DNA from: a bacterium
GTDB lineage: Bacteria; SZUA-182; DTGQ01; JAFGSM01
Reading direction: 5' to 3'
Length of the DNA stretch: 41,205 nucleotides
Assembly (NCBI GenBank): GCA_049472315.1
Contig: JBLIRN010000028.1
Coordinates: 1-41,205, forward strand
The notes below the pieces were generated by a model, which worked only from the letters and a program-made list of their open reading frames with translations, was not told the DNA's origin and did no database searches. Below, one piece after another: positions 29,366-38,808 of the stretch (position 1 is the stretch's first letter; each line of letters opens with the position of its first letter). The translations under genes and the position numbers were made by a program.

Positions 29366-31987
29366 TTACATCTGTTTGACCAGCTTGTCCTTGATATCTG
29401 CGTAGCCCTTATCGAGCTTGAGCATGCGCTTGAAAATCGCCAGGCAGATGTACGCCATCAATCGAAAGGCCAGTTCGGACCTTGTATCCAGAAAGTCTAT
29501 GAAATCATGTTTTCGAACAAAGGCAACCCTGGTCGGGACGAGGGTCACGACACTCGCCGACCTCGGCTTGTTGTCGATGAGTGCCATCTCTCCGAAGATC
29601 TCTTCACTGCCCAGTTCCCCGAATCGTATCTCCTTCCCGGTGGAGGAAAGGGTAGTGACCTTCACCCTTCCTTCCAGGATAAAGTAAACGCGGTCACCCT
29701 CATCTCCTTCGGACACGATCACCTGACCGGGGCCGAATGCCTGCTCGTCCTCGAACACCATTTGGGCCTCTTCCTGGGAAAGGGGGGGAATGAGCTCCAT
29801 CTTGACCACACACTCGGCGGGGATGTCCTCGATCTGGGGTATCCTGGTGTCATCCCCTTCCAGAAGCAGGTATATCGAATCGACTGCCGTCTTGTATTTG
29901 TCGTTGATATTCCGCAACCGCTCCGGGAGGATGTTGTAAAGGCGATAGATGAGGTCGTAGGAATAGGGCTGGCTCCTCCGTAAGAGATTGATGAACCCCT
30001 TGCGGTTAAGGATCCCGACCTTGGTTTTCTCCCTGACCGCCTTGACGGTGGCAGATCGTTTGACATTATAGAAAAGGCTGATCTCCCCGAAGATCTCCCC
30101 GGGCCCCAGGGTGGCGACTTGGGTGCCCTTGACCGTGACATTGACCTCCCCCTCCTTGACGAAATACATCTCATGGCCTATGGTGCCTTGACGGCAGATG
30201 ATCTCGTCCTTGCGGTAGATCCTGGATTCGGTAAAAATCTGGTTCAGATGTTCGCTGTTTATGGTCCCAAACAGGGCCCCGTTGATATTCTGGCAGACCG
30301 AATCCAGTTTGTTTTTCTGGATGGCGCCGCTGTCGTTTTGAACAGGCAGAAGCAGGTCATCCATATACCGGATCAGATGGGTCTTCATCTTTTGCGGCAT
30401 CTTCATGAAATCATGCGATATCTTCTTTGCGTCCTCAACGGAGAGGTATTTCCGGTCCTGAAGCTTGCGATAGAAGAGGTATTCCCGGAGTGAATCGGTG
30501 CCTTTCAGGCCGGCCAGGAACAAATAGGCACGCTCCTTCAAAACCGCCGGCGTAATGAGCTCTTCAATGCGGCGGGAGGAGAACTGTTCCTGCCCCTTCA
30601 CGATATACTCATCGAGATTTTTATCCAGATGATCCGTCTGCGCCTTATGGATCAGGGAAATGTCATCGGGGGAGAGGGGCTTGATCTGCTCGGCCACTGT
30701 ATCAAACCGGAGCCCCATGCTGCGAAGAAGCTTGATGATCGCCTCATTATTGATGCCCAGACCCGCCACATTGCTGTGAACATCCGCACTGTAGGTGGGA
30801 GGGCTGAAAAGAAGGTTCCCGTAGTTGTCGGTGGCATGGAGGCGGAGGAACACCCCCTTATCCATACACCAGCGTCCGATCATCTCAGACGCCACCAGAG
30901 GGTCTTCCCCTTCGATATTCAGGTGCCCGACATCGAGGGTGATGCCGAAGTTTCTCTCCCGCACCTCATGCGGAAGGGAATTGTAAATCTCGTCAACACA
31001 TTCGATAAAATACCGGGCCTCCTGTTTCTTCCCGGTCAGGCAGTAGTTTTCCACCGTTACCCGCACATCGCTCCCCCCGGCTGCCATGACCAGTTCTGTC
31101 ATCCCTTTCAGGTTCGAGGTATCGATCAGGTGAACAACCACGGACCCTGCACCAATGTCCTTTGCCAATTGGATGTTCTCACATTGAAGATCGAAGCACT
31201 GCAGCGGATTGTGAAAAAGCTGTTTCCCTGCACGCGGATTGGGGCTCGGATAATAGGGCCCCACAATAGGGCTGTGAAGATCGAGCCGTATCCCGGTTGT
31301 GCGGACCGCATCCCGTATCCGCTCCCGTTTCTCATCGCTCAGTTCCTCAGGAAGCAGCTTGGTGTAGTTGAAGGGGTGGAAATCGATGGCAATCTCAATG
31401 CCCTCGATGTTCTCATTCATGGCCTGCTCCATGAGCAGGAGCGGGTCGAAAATCTGTTTTTCCCAGAAGGAGGATGCCATCACCCGATAGGGATTGTTCA
31501 TTGCACCCCAGTGCTCCTGTGAAACATTCTTGCTGAAAAACTGCTTATCGTATTCTTTGGCAAACTTCGTGATGTATGTGTCGAGGTCCTCGGGCTTATA
31601 TTCATTGAAGAAAAAGAAATAGGGCGCATGCTCATAAAGCCAGCATGCCTTGATCAGAAAAAATGGCGATTCGGCAAGTTTCTTAAGGGATGATGCCTTT
31701 TTGTCATGTTTCACGAGCCGCAGGATGTGGGAGAGGGTCCCGGTTGCAATGGCATAGCCATATTTTATCTTCGATTTATATTGGGCAAGGAGCATCAAGG
31801 CCTCGTTTTTTGTGAGGCCGATGCCGTTCAGACGTGAGAGGCATGTGCGGCAAAAAAAATCCCTCTCCTTGAGGCTTTCATCGAGCACCGCCACCAACTC
31901 TTCAACAGCAAAGGGTTTCTTTTCATTGAGGGCGTTAATGCACTCCATTGTCTCTTCGATCCCGTTGATCATAAGCAGCCTGTTCAA
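29366..31987 (-). CDS. AP-endonuclease-2 / xylose-isomerase-like TIM barrel fused to two cyclic-nucleotide-binding domains
   Basis: TIM motifs LHSP, VVHL, VTVEN, LDVGH, LHATDN, DVH, VAEQ. cNMP motifs FGEISL...KRSATV and FGEMAL...PRSASV. TTG 31987 follows GGAGG; alternative GTG at 32008. Confidence 0.85.
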   Translation of the reverse strand: MNRLLMINGIEETMECINALNEKKPFAVEELVAVLDESLKERDFFCRTCLSRLNGIGLTKNEALMLLAQYKSKIKYGYAIATGTLSHILRLVKHDKKASSLKKLAESPFFLIKACWLYEHAPYFFFFNEYKPEDLDTYITKFAKEYDKQFFSKNVSQEHWGAMNNPYRVMASSFWEKQIFDPLLLMEQAMNENIEGIEIAIDFHPFNYTKLLPEELSDEKRERIRDAVRTTGIRLDLHSPIVGPYYPSPNPRAGKQLFHNPLQCFDLQCENIQLAKDIGAGSVVVHLIDTSNLKGMTELVMAAGGSDVRVTVENYCLTGKKQEARYFIECVDEIYNSLPHEVRERNFGITLDVGHLNIEGEDPLVASEMIGRWCMDKGVFLRLHATDNYGNLLFSPPTYSADVHSNVAGLGINNEAIIKLLRSMGLRFDTVAEQIKPLSPDDISLIHKAQTDHLDKNLDEYIVKGQEQFSSRRIEELITPAVLKERAYLFLAGLKGTDSLREYLFYRKLQDRKYLSVEDAKKISHDFMKMPQKMKTHLIRYMDDLLLPVQNDSGAIQKNKLDSVCQNINGALFGTINSEHLNQIFTESRIYRKDEIICRQGTIGHEMYFVKEGEVNVTVKGTQVATLGPGEIFGEISLFYNVKRSATVKAVREKTKVGILNRKGFINLLRRSQPYSYDLIYRLYNILPERLRNINDKYKTAVDSIYLLLEGDDTRIPQIEDIPAECVVKMELIPPLSQEEAQMVFEDEQAFGPGQVIVSEGDEGDRVYFILEGRVKVTTLSSTGKEIRFGELGSEEIFGEMALIDNKPRSASVVTLVPTRVAFVRKHDFIDFLDTRSELAFRLMAYICLAIFKRMLKLDKGYADIKDKLVKQM

Positions 31988-32704
31988 TGCCTTTCCTCCC
32001 AAGAGCACTCAGAACCCGATTTGTGTATCAGCATCCCCAAGGGGAACAGCCCCTCAGGGCACCCCCGTTCCATCTTCCTTCCGGTTGCGCATTCTTCCCG
32101 TGCGATCACATCCTGCACACCCTTTGTTCGGGATCACCTCCATTTATGCAGGCCTGTGTGGGGGATACCACCCTTCTCTCGTGAGCATTCCCCCCATGTA
32201 TTTTCATCGTTGTGACATTAAATGTTAGAGAGCATGGATGAGAACCTGTCGACGAATTGCTACTCAAGTCCCTCCCTCTGATAAACATCCTCTCCAACCG
32301 GTAAGGCAACATGATATTCACATATAACACAGCTTATATATCTGATCGGTAATATGGTTCTTTTCTATCGGTTCCTCATGGAACCATCACCAATGCCGGG
32401 AGGCATCGAAACCTTGCGCATCCCGATCAGGTTTCTTCATCTGCCTCATGTGTGATCCGTTATCCCGTTTCGTAATCGTCCCCCTTCCATACCCGCCATT
32501 TCTATTGATAGAAACAGCCTTTCCTGCTAATATATATTTACATATCACTTTGCCAGCACAACAGAGACGCATGAACGAAAGAAGGGACAAAAAACTGTTC
32601 TCCGCGAGGCGATTCCCCCCCCGCTTCTGTTTCCGGTCATTGTATACCCATCGGCCCTGCCGGTAAGCGGCGTCTCCCACTTACCACATTCCTTCGTGCC
32701 GGGG

Positions 32705-33049
32705 ATGTCTGAACAAAAAAAGGGGCGAATGCCAATGAGACGACGACAATGGAGCAGTAAGGAAAAATTCAGTATCATCCTTGAAGGTCTTAAGGGTGAG
32801 GCGGAAATCGGCGCCCTGTGTGCACGGCATAAGATTTCGACGGCGCAGTACTACCGCTGGCGGGAACAATTCATGCAGTATGGGCAGTGTGCCTTTGATC
32901 TGCCGAGGCACTCCCGCGAAGAAGAGCGATTGCGGGAGGATAACCGGAGGCTCAAACTTCTGCTCGAAAAGGTCAGGACGGGGCTGGAACGGATCGACTT
33001 CGAGACCGGACCTCCAAAACCTCCCCGCAGATCAACAAAGGTCACCTGA
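32705..33049 (+). mobile_element. Solo IS3-family OrfA-like (HTH_Tnp_1) gene with no DDE OrfB
   Basis: RRQWSSKEK..IILE.L.GE...LC.RH.IS..QYYRW...F followed by a leucine zipper (EEERLREDNRRLK). No transposase core follows. Confidence 0.7.
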
Positions 33050-33104
33050 CTGACCTACGTCGAAAAGATCCCCCGTTTCCCCCCCCTGAACGATTGGAAC
33101 GGCG

Positions 33105-34349
33105 TCAGTAAACAGTCGCCTCACCCGCCTTAAAGATGGCGAATTTTACCAGGGGCGGGGCTATCAATTCATTGATGACTACGGATCCCAGCACCCCATT
33201 AACCATTACCTCGCCGAAGCTTCCGAACGCCGGGTTTTCAACGGCGAGGAGAATCAATCCCAACGTGACGCCTGCCTTGGGAAGGAGCCCGAATCCCAGA
33301 TATTTTCGAACGGCCGAGGGTGCGCCTGACAGCGAGGCGCCAACCCGCGAGCCGAGGAGCTTGCCGGTAAACCTACCGATAATGATCATGAGGGCCAACG
33401 TCCACGCCACCTTCATAACCGACAGATTAAGATGGGCGCCGGCCAGGGTGAAAAAGGCGGCAAAAATCACATCCTCGATCTCATCAATAACCAAAAACAT
33501 ATCCTTGTTGTAGCTCATCTTATTGACGACAAAAAATCCCATGAAGATGTTTACCAACAAGGGAGAGAAGCCTGCCATCTTGGCCATTCCCGCTGACAGC
33601 ATGATCATGCCGAATACAACGGCAAGCAGCGCCTGTTTGTTGGTGGCGAAACGGCTCATCCCCATCAATGCCACGGCAAACACCGCACCGAGCACGATTG
33701 AGCCCACGATTTCAAACAGCGGGGTAATGACCACATGATACACGGAAAAGCTTTGCATTCCTGCCACGCACGCCCCTGCGATGCTCAAGGCGATCGCCGT
33801 GCCGATAATGGCATAGGCATCGTCCAATGTCACCACCCCCATCAATATGGTGGTCAAGGGGCCCCGTGCCTTGTATTCCCGGATGATGGCAATGGTGGCG
33901 GCAGGGGCGGTGGCCAGTGACACGGCACCCAGAATGATGGCCATGGGAAGGTACGCCTCCGTAAACCCCGACTGCTCGGCCGGCAACCTGACCACGAAGG
34001 GCCCGATGAGCATCAGGATCACTGTCACAAAAATCCAGGCCCCGAGTGCCTCAAGCAATGAAATCCAGGCAATGTCCTTCCTCACCCTTCGCAGCGACTC
34101 AATGCTCAGACTGCCCCCCACCAGATAGGCAATGATCCCCAAGGTGATATCGGTGATTATGTTTAATCCCCCGTGTATCATCTCCTGGGATATGATATTC
34201 AAAAAGGACACGCCCAATAACATGCCGATGAATATGTAGCCGCTGATTCGGGGAAACTTGACCTTTTTGGCTACCATGCCGCCGAGATACCCGATGATGA
34301 TCAATATTCCCACTGCCAATAGAGGATTCATTGATAACGAGGTATGCAT
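33105..34349 (-). CDS. Cation:proton antiporter (CPA family)
   Basis: About 12 TM segments; PRISGYI, ATAPAATIAII.EY.A.GPLT, LDDA, FF.LAG, GLLPKAGV, INELIAP. Confidence 0.9.
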   Translation of the reverse strand: MHTSLSMNPLLAVGILIIIGYLGGMVAKKVKFPRISGYIFIGMLLGVSFLNIISQEMIHGGLNIITDITLGIIAYLVGGSLSIESLRRVRKDIAWISLLEALGAWIFVTVILMLIGPFVVRLPAEQSGFTEAYLPMAIILGAVSLATAPAATIAIIREYKARGPLTTILMGVVTLDDAYAIIGTAIALSIAGACVAGMQSFSVYHVVITPLFEIVGSIVLGAVFAVALMGMSRFATNKQALLAVVFGMIMLSAGMAKMAGFSPLLVNIFMGFFVVNKMSYNKDMFLVIDEIEDVIFAAFFTLAGAHLNLSVMKVAWTLALMIIIGRFTGKLLGSRVGASLSGAPSAVRKYLGFGLLPKAGVTLGLILLAVENPAFGSFGEVMVNGVLGSVVINELIAPPLVKFAIFKAGEATVY

Positions 34350-34354
34350 CGATC

Positions 34355-34828
34355 CTAATCCCCGATAATCCCTTTTTCGCGGAAGAGGGCCACCAGGATA
34401 TCGAAAACCCCTATCATTCCTACGAGCTTCCTTTTTTGATCAACCACCGGGAGCCTGTCCACGGAATGGATCTTCATGAGGTTATACGCCTTCTCCAATG
34501 TATCCTCTTCGGAAACGGTGAGGATGTTGGTTTCCATCATATCATCAACCACAATCAAGGTTGCCATTTCCGGGGTGATCTCGAGATCGAATATGTCGAT
34601 CTCCTCCCGCTCCATAAACGGGATGGCCTTTAAAAAACTCGACTCGTACGGTTGAAATACATCGATAAGATTCTCAAAGGACACGGTTCCTATCAGGCGG
34701 TAATCCTCCCCCACCACCGGCACCAGGGGGAAGGTATGAAAGTCCTGTAATCGGGCGATCAACTCTCGCAGCATGGTGGAGCGCCGGACGGTCACCAGGT
34801 CCCTCTTCATGATTTCCTTTACCAGCAT
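34355..34828 (-). CDS. CBS domain pair protein
   Basis: VKEIMKR.LVTV...VPVV....LIG and M...ILTV..EDTL.KA..LM....V.RLPVVD...LVG. Operon-like spacing with the antiporter. Confidence 0.9.
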   Translation of the reverse strand: MLVKEIMKRDLVTVRRSTMLRELIARLQDFHTFPLVPVVGEDYRLIGTVSFENLIDVFQPYESSFLKAIPFMEREEIDIFDLEITPEMATLIVVDDMMETNILTVSEEDTLEKAYNLMKIHSVDRLPVVDQKRKLVGMIGVFDILVALFREKGIIGD

Positions 34829-35544
34829 ACCATCACCCTATCTCACGTTCAGTATTAAAGAGCACCCTCACCCATCTCATGGACCCCTCCTTTCTCGTGA
34901 TCCGTCGATTTACCATGCGGGTAATTGCCCAATATCTTAGCGGAAGTGATACAATAGACCCTTCGTATACAAAAAAAATCTACTATTAAATTATACCAAT
35001 TATCCTTTGACAATTGTTGAGATTTCATATATAATTTTTATTGAAAAAAAGAATTGTTTTTTAACAAGCTCTTTTATATAATTCTTATTATCGGGCTCCA
35101 TCGAACCTGGGTTCCCCATAAATCATCGTCCCCTTCCGCTTCATATGTAAACGAGAAAAATCCGGCGCATTACCCATGCAGCCATAGATGCCTGTACTAT
35201 AGGGAAGGCATTGATGTTGCCATATTTTCTGAGGGCATACACTACCACTCCTCCATCCTTGTTGCCCATTCTCTCATTCCTTCTATTTATATCCTCATCA
35301 ACGATTTCAATCAACCCCATGTACTGAAAAGCCGACGGCTGCCTCACCCGTACGCTGAACGACATTCGCATACGTCCGTCACAACTCTGTTATACGACGT
35401 CCCATATTCTTCCCCTTGAACCGCTGTGTCCGATGCAAGGGACAAACCTTTAATAAAGGGAGGTGAAGGCGAACGGCGTGATCAATACTTCCAAGCCCTT
35501 ATCAACCCTGCAAACAAAAGACACGTAGAACAAAGGAGTATGGA

Positions 35545-36195
35545 ATGAAAAGCGGAGTATGTACCTCGGTAGCACTGTGCGTGGTTATCGTTGCGGCCAT
35601 CGCGGTCCTCTGCGCTCCCGCGTGTGCCCAGTGGTGGCTGACCGCCTCAACATTCGGCGTTACATCCATAGGTCCTAGCTGGTTCCAGACCGGCATCGGC
35701 GTACCTTCATGGGTGACCACCGGCATCGGCGGACCCTTCTGGGCGCCTTTCATCACCGGGCTGACCCCCGCGCCCCCTGTCATCGGAGGCATCCCAGGCG
35801 GCCTCGGGGCACTCGGAGTGCCTGTGGCGCCAACGCCGGCAGGGGTGCCTGGTCTCGGTGGAGGTGCAGCCTTTCCCGCCGCAATGGTGGCTCCAGTCCC
35901 AAGTTTTGCCCCTGGAATCGCCGGGGGCGCCATTACGCCTGCGGCCATGGTCGCTCCCACAACGGTTCTCCTCCCGGCGCTTATGGCAGCCGTGACCGCT
36001 CCCGGCATCCCCGCAGCAGCCGGGGCATTCCCGGCCGCCATGACGCTGGCGACCCCTCTGGCCCCCGGGGTGGCGGCACTCATGGCCCCCGCGGCTGGTG
36101 TCGCACCCGTGCCCGCAGCAGGCGCCGCCTTCCCCGCTGCAATGGCAATTCCACCCACCGCCCTTTTTCCTGCCGGCATGCTGCCGGTTATTTGA
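35545..36195 (+). CDS. Secreted low-complexity Pro/Ala/Gly-rich repeat protein
   Basis: AAGGAG RBS; signal peptide ending ACA|Q; internal repeats; followed by a strong terminator. Confidence 0.8.
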   Translation: MKSGVCTSVALCVVIVAAIAVLCAPACAQWWLTASTFGVTSIGPSWFQTGIGVPSWVTTGIGGPFWAPFITGLTPAPPVIGGIPGGLGALGVPVAPTPAGVPGLGGGAAFPAAMVAPVPSFAPGIAGGAITPAAMVAPTTVLLPALMAAVTAPGIPAAAGAFPAAMTLATPLAPGVAALMAPAAGVAPVPAAGAAFPAAMAIPPTALFPAGMLPVI

Positions 36196-36232
36196 TCCAC
36201 CGGAGGAGCATCCCGTTCCTTTCGGACGGCAT

Positions 36233-36282
36233 GGACATCCGCAGGGGAGACACAGCCCCCTGCGGATGTCCCTTCCTTTTTT
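36233..36282 (+). terminator. Intrinsic terminator
   Basis: 15-bp stem GGACATCCGCAGGGG/CCCCTGCGGATGTCC followed by CTTCCTTTTTT. Confidence 0.8.
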
Positions 36283-36319
36283 CATGATCGTAAGACAAAC
36301 GCTCATCAAAATGTAAAAT

Positions 36320-36503
36320 GGGGTCAGGTCTTGAATTATCAGTTTTTTGGAACAAACCCTAATGCCCTTTAAGGCCGCCACGAAGCATGTAAATCTGTAA
36401 ATCTATTTTCGAGACAAACCCTCATGCCACTTTGTGGCACCACGAAGTATGAAAATATGATTCTATTTTCGAGGCAAAAACTGATAATTCAAGACCTGAC
36501 CCC
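36320..36503. mobile_element. 184-bp MITE/REPIN-like element with 28-bp perfect terminal inverted repeats and an internal tandem duplication
   Basis: GGGGTCAGGTCTTGAATTATCAGTTTTT (36320-36347) and its exact reverse complement (36476-36503). Internal ~61-bp imperfect direct repeats at 36352-36413 and 36414-36473. Confidence 0.75.
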
Positions 36504-36511
36504 AAGCCCCA

Positions 36512-37630
36512 TTATGGGGAATGGCTGGTCAGCACAATCCTGACGATCTCCGATCGGGAGAACAGGCGCATGGGCGGTCCCCAGATCCCGGTCCCGCAAG
36601 TCGTATAAAGGTATGATGAGTGATGGCGGTAAAGTCCGTAGGGATATCGGTAGGAGAGCAATACGATGAGATCCATGGGGGGGATCTGCCCCGCATGGGT
36701 GTGACCGGAAAGCTGCAGGTCGACCCCCATCCGGACCGCCTCCGTGAAATGCAACGGCCGGTGGAAGAGAAGGACAACCGGCCTGGTGTGTTCACCCTCC
36801 CCCAGGATGGATGCAAGGTCGGGGCGCGTTTCCGGGAACATCTCCCCCGCCGGGTCATCCAGACCCACAATGTCGAGCCCCTGTTCAAGGGTGATCATTT
36901 CATTCCTCAGCACCGTTATGTTCGCCTTTCGGCAAAGCTCATGGAAGTTCTCTATGCCCGTATAAAACTCGTGATTCCCCGTAATGGCAACGACCCCTTC
37001 CCGCGCCCTCAATCTCCTTAGGATCTCGATAAAGCGCCCGCACTCTTTGATGTCATCCTCGATCAAATCACCGGTGATGACAATCAGGTCAGGGGCCAGG
37101 GCATTCACCCGCTCCACGACACCCTCTATCCACCTCGCATGCGTCCACCGATGCAGGTGCAGGTCGGACAACTGCACGATAGAAAATCCCGACAGCGCCG
37201 GGGAAAGGCCCTCCAGGGGGATCTCGACGTCCCTTGTCCGGGGAAGCCTCGTCCCCCGATAGAGTGCAAAGGATGAGACGAGAAACACCAGCAGGAGGGT
37301 GGCCATGGTGACCGCCCGTGAACGATTGGGGAGGATGAAGAGGAGCACATACTGCACAACGAACAGGGTGAACGCGATCGAGATGACGCCGAGCCAGACC
37401 GCCCCCGCCTGAAAGACGGCGAAGGCGAGGGGATCAGGCAGCACGCGTCTGGTGATGAGCCTGTCCACAAAAAATGCCGCACCGCCCAGGATGAAGATGA
37501 TCAAGACGGCCGTGCGATACGCCGGTGCAAGGGTGAGCCCGCGCGTGAGGCGAAGAAAGACGAAAAAATGGATAAGGAAATAGATCGAGAGAACGATAAG
37601 GAGAAAGATGATGAAGTTGAGCCTGCCCAT
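36512..37630 (-). CDS. Membrane-anchored metallophosphoesterase (YkuE-like)
   Basis: N-terminal TMs; SDLH, TGDL, GNHE, HRP, SGHTHAGQ, GIWGPPMR. Confidence 0.92.
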   Translation of the reverse strand: MGRLNFIIFLLIVLSIYFLIHFFVFLRLTRGLTLAPAYRTAVLIIFILGGAAFFVDRLITRRVLPDPLAFAVFQAGAVWLGVISIAFTLFVVQYVLLFILPNRSRAVTMATLLLVFLVSSFALYRGTRLPRTRDVEIPLEGLSPALSGFSIVQLSDLHLHRWTHARWIEGVVERVNALAPDLIVITGDLIEDDIKECGRFIEILRRLRAREGVVAITGNHEFYTGIENFHELCRKANITVLRNEMITLEQGLDIVGLDDPAGEMFPETRPDLASILGEGEHTRPVVLLFHRPLHFTEAVRMGVDLQLSGHTHAGQIPPMDLIVLLSYRYPYGLYRHHSSYLYTTCGTGIWGPPMRLFSRSEIVRIVLTSHSP

Positions 37631-37659
37631 AATCGCCTTGTTCACCGGGTGATCATCGT

Positions 37660-38469
37660 CTATTGCGTCTCCTGGTTGGAGTAATAGCGCATCGCCTCGG
37701 GCAGATGCTCCCTCATGGCCGCGATCCGGTTTTTATCCGCAGGATGGGTGGAAAGGAATTCAGGCGGCTTGGGTCCGGCCCCTGCGCTCATACGCTCCCA
37801 GAAGGCAACGGCCTCCTCGGGATTATACCCGGCCCTCGCCATAAGGATGAGTCCGATGCGATCGGCCTCGTACTCATGGGTGCGGCTGTAAGGGAGGAGA
37901 AACCCGATCTGGGCACCAAGCCCGAATGCCTGAAGCCACAGGTTCTGGGTGGTCCTGGGCTTGCTCTCCATGGCCTTTGCCAGGGTGAGCCCTCCCAATT
38001 GCACCAGAAGCCCCTGGCTCAATCGCTCGTTGCCATGCTGGGCCAGGGCATGGGCGACCTCGTGCCCGATCACGGTGGCGAGCCCCGTCTCATCCTGCGT
38101 ATAGGGCAGGATGCCGGTATACACCGCCACCTTCCCCCCCGGCATGCACCACGCATTGACCGTTTCATCATCCTGGATCAGGATGAATTCCCAGTCCATG
38201 ACAAGGTTCAGGCGCAGCTCGGTGATGAATGCATCCGCAGCCGCGGCAATGCGCCCCCCTACCCGCTGAAGCAATGCATTCGCCTCCCTGTCGGCGGAGA
38301 GCTTTGACTCCTTCTTGATCTGCTCGTATTGCCGGAAGCTCATCGAGAGGATCTCCACCTCCGGAATGAGCGTAAGCTGCTGCCGCTGGGTCAGGGGAAC
38401 CGTGGCGCACGAGACCAGGAGTAGCGCGATCAATACCGTGCACCATACCTTGAATCGCGGGTTCATCAT
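37660..38469 (-). CDS. M48 family zinc metallopeptidase, lipoprotein
   Basis: Lipobox LVS-C; NAWCMPGGK, HEVAH, YSRTHEYEAD, FLSTHP. ATG-ATG start after GGAGAGAGG. Confidence 0.93.
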   Translation of the reverse strand: MMNPRFKVWCTVLIALLLVSCATVPLTQRQQLTLIPEVEILSMSFRQYEQIKKESKLSADREANALLQRVGGRIAAAADAFITELRLNLVMDWEFILIQDDETVNAWCMPGGKVAVYTGILPYTQDETGLATVIGHEVAHALAQHGNERLSQGLLVQLGGLTLAKAMESKPRTTQNLWLQAFGLGAQIGFLLPYSRTHEYEADRIGLILMARAGYNPEEAVAFWERMSAGAGPKPPEFLSTHPADKNRIAAMREHLPEAMRYYSNQETQ

Positions 38470-38597
38470 ACCCTCTCTCCTCTTCGGGTATACATTGTAT
38501 TTCGGGTACGCATTACATACGGGTGCAAACATGACCTGTACCCTGCCATATCCCTATCGAAAGTATATTCAATCCCCGGCAACCATGTCAATTGCAG

Positions 38598-38626
38598 TTG
38601 ACATTCAAGGGGGAATCATCAATAAT
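38598..38626 (+). promoter_or_regulatory. Putative sigma70 promoter for the tadA-tRNA-ffs-dnaX cluster
   Basis: TTGACA-17 nt-AATAAT. Confidence 0.55.
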
Positions 38627-38808
38627 AATTTCGGCCTTTATTTCATGGTGTTGGGGGAAACCTTCCCAAAAATCCATAGATATGATACCATACGCATACC
38701 GGAGGATATCCTTGCCTGAATTCCCTGGGGCAGAAGGTTTGAAAGGCGTGATCCCGATTCCGTTGATCGTGCCCGTTCACACAAGGGGAAACCGGAATCG
38801 GTGAACCT

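Noticed and set aside
35054..35419. ORFs 35054-35419 and 35141-35371; possible c-di-AMP or fluoride riboswitch upstream of the CBS/antiporter genes
   Set aside because: The ORFs lack an RBS and motifs. Only short fragments (GGGGAACC; GGCATTGATGTTGCC) resemble those riboswitches, without the full architecture.
35438..35475. GEMM-like string GGACAAACC...GGGAGGTGAAGGC
   Set aside because: It has no GNRA loop, lacks the conserved GAC..AAA core and has no P3. An RBS-containing hairpin explains it better.
36352..36473. Possible CRISPR mini-array
   Set aside because: Only two adjacent imperfect units, with no spacers and no cas genes.
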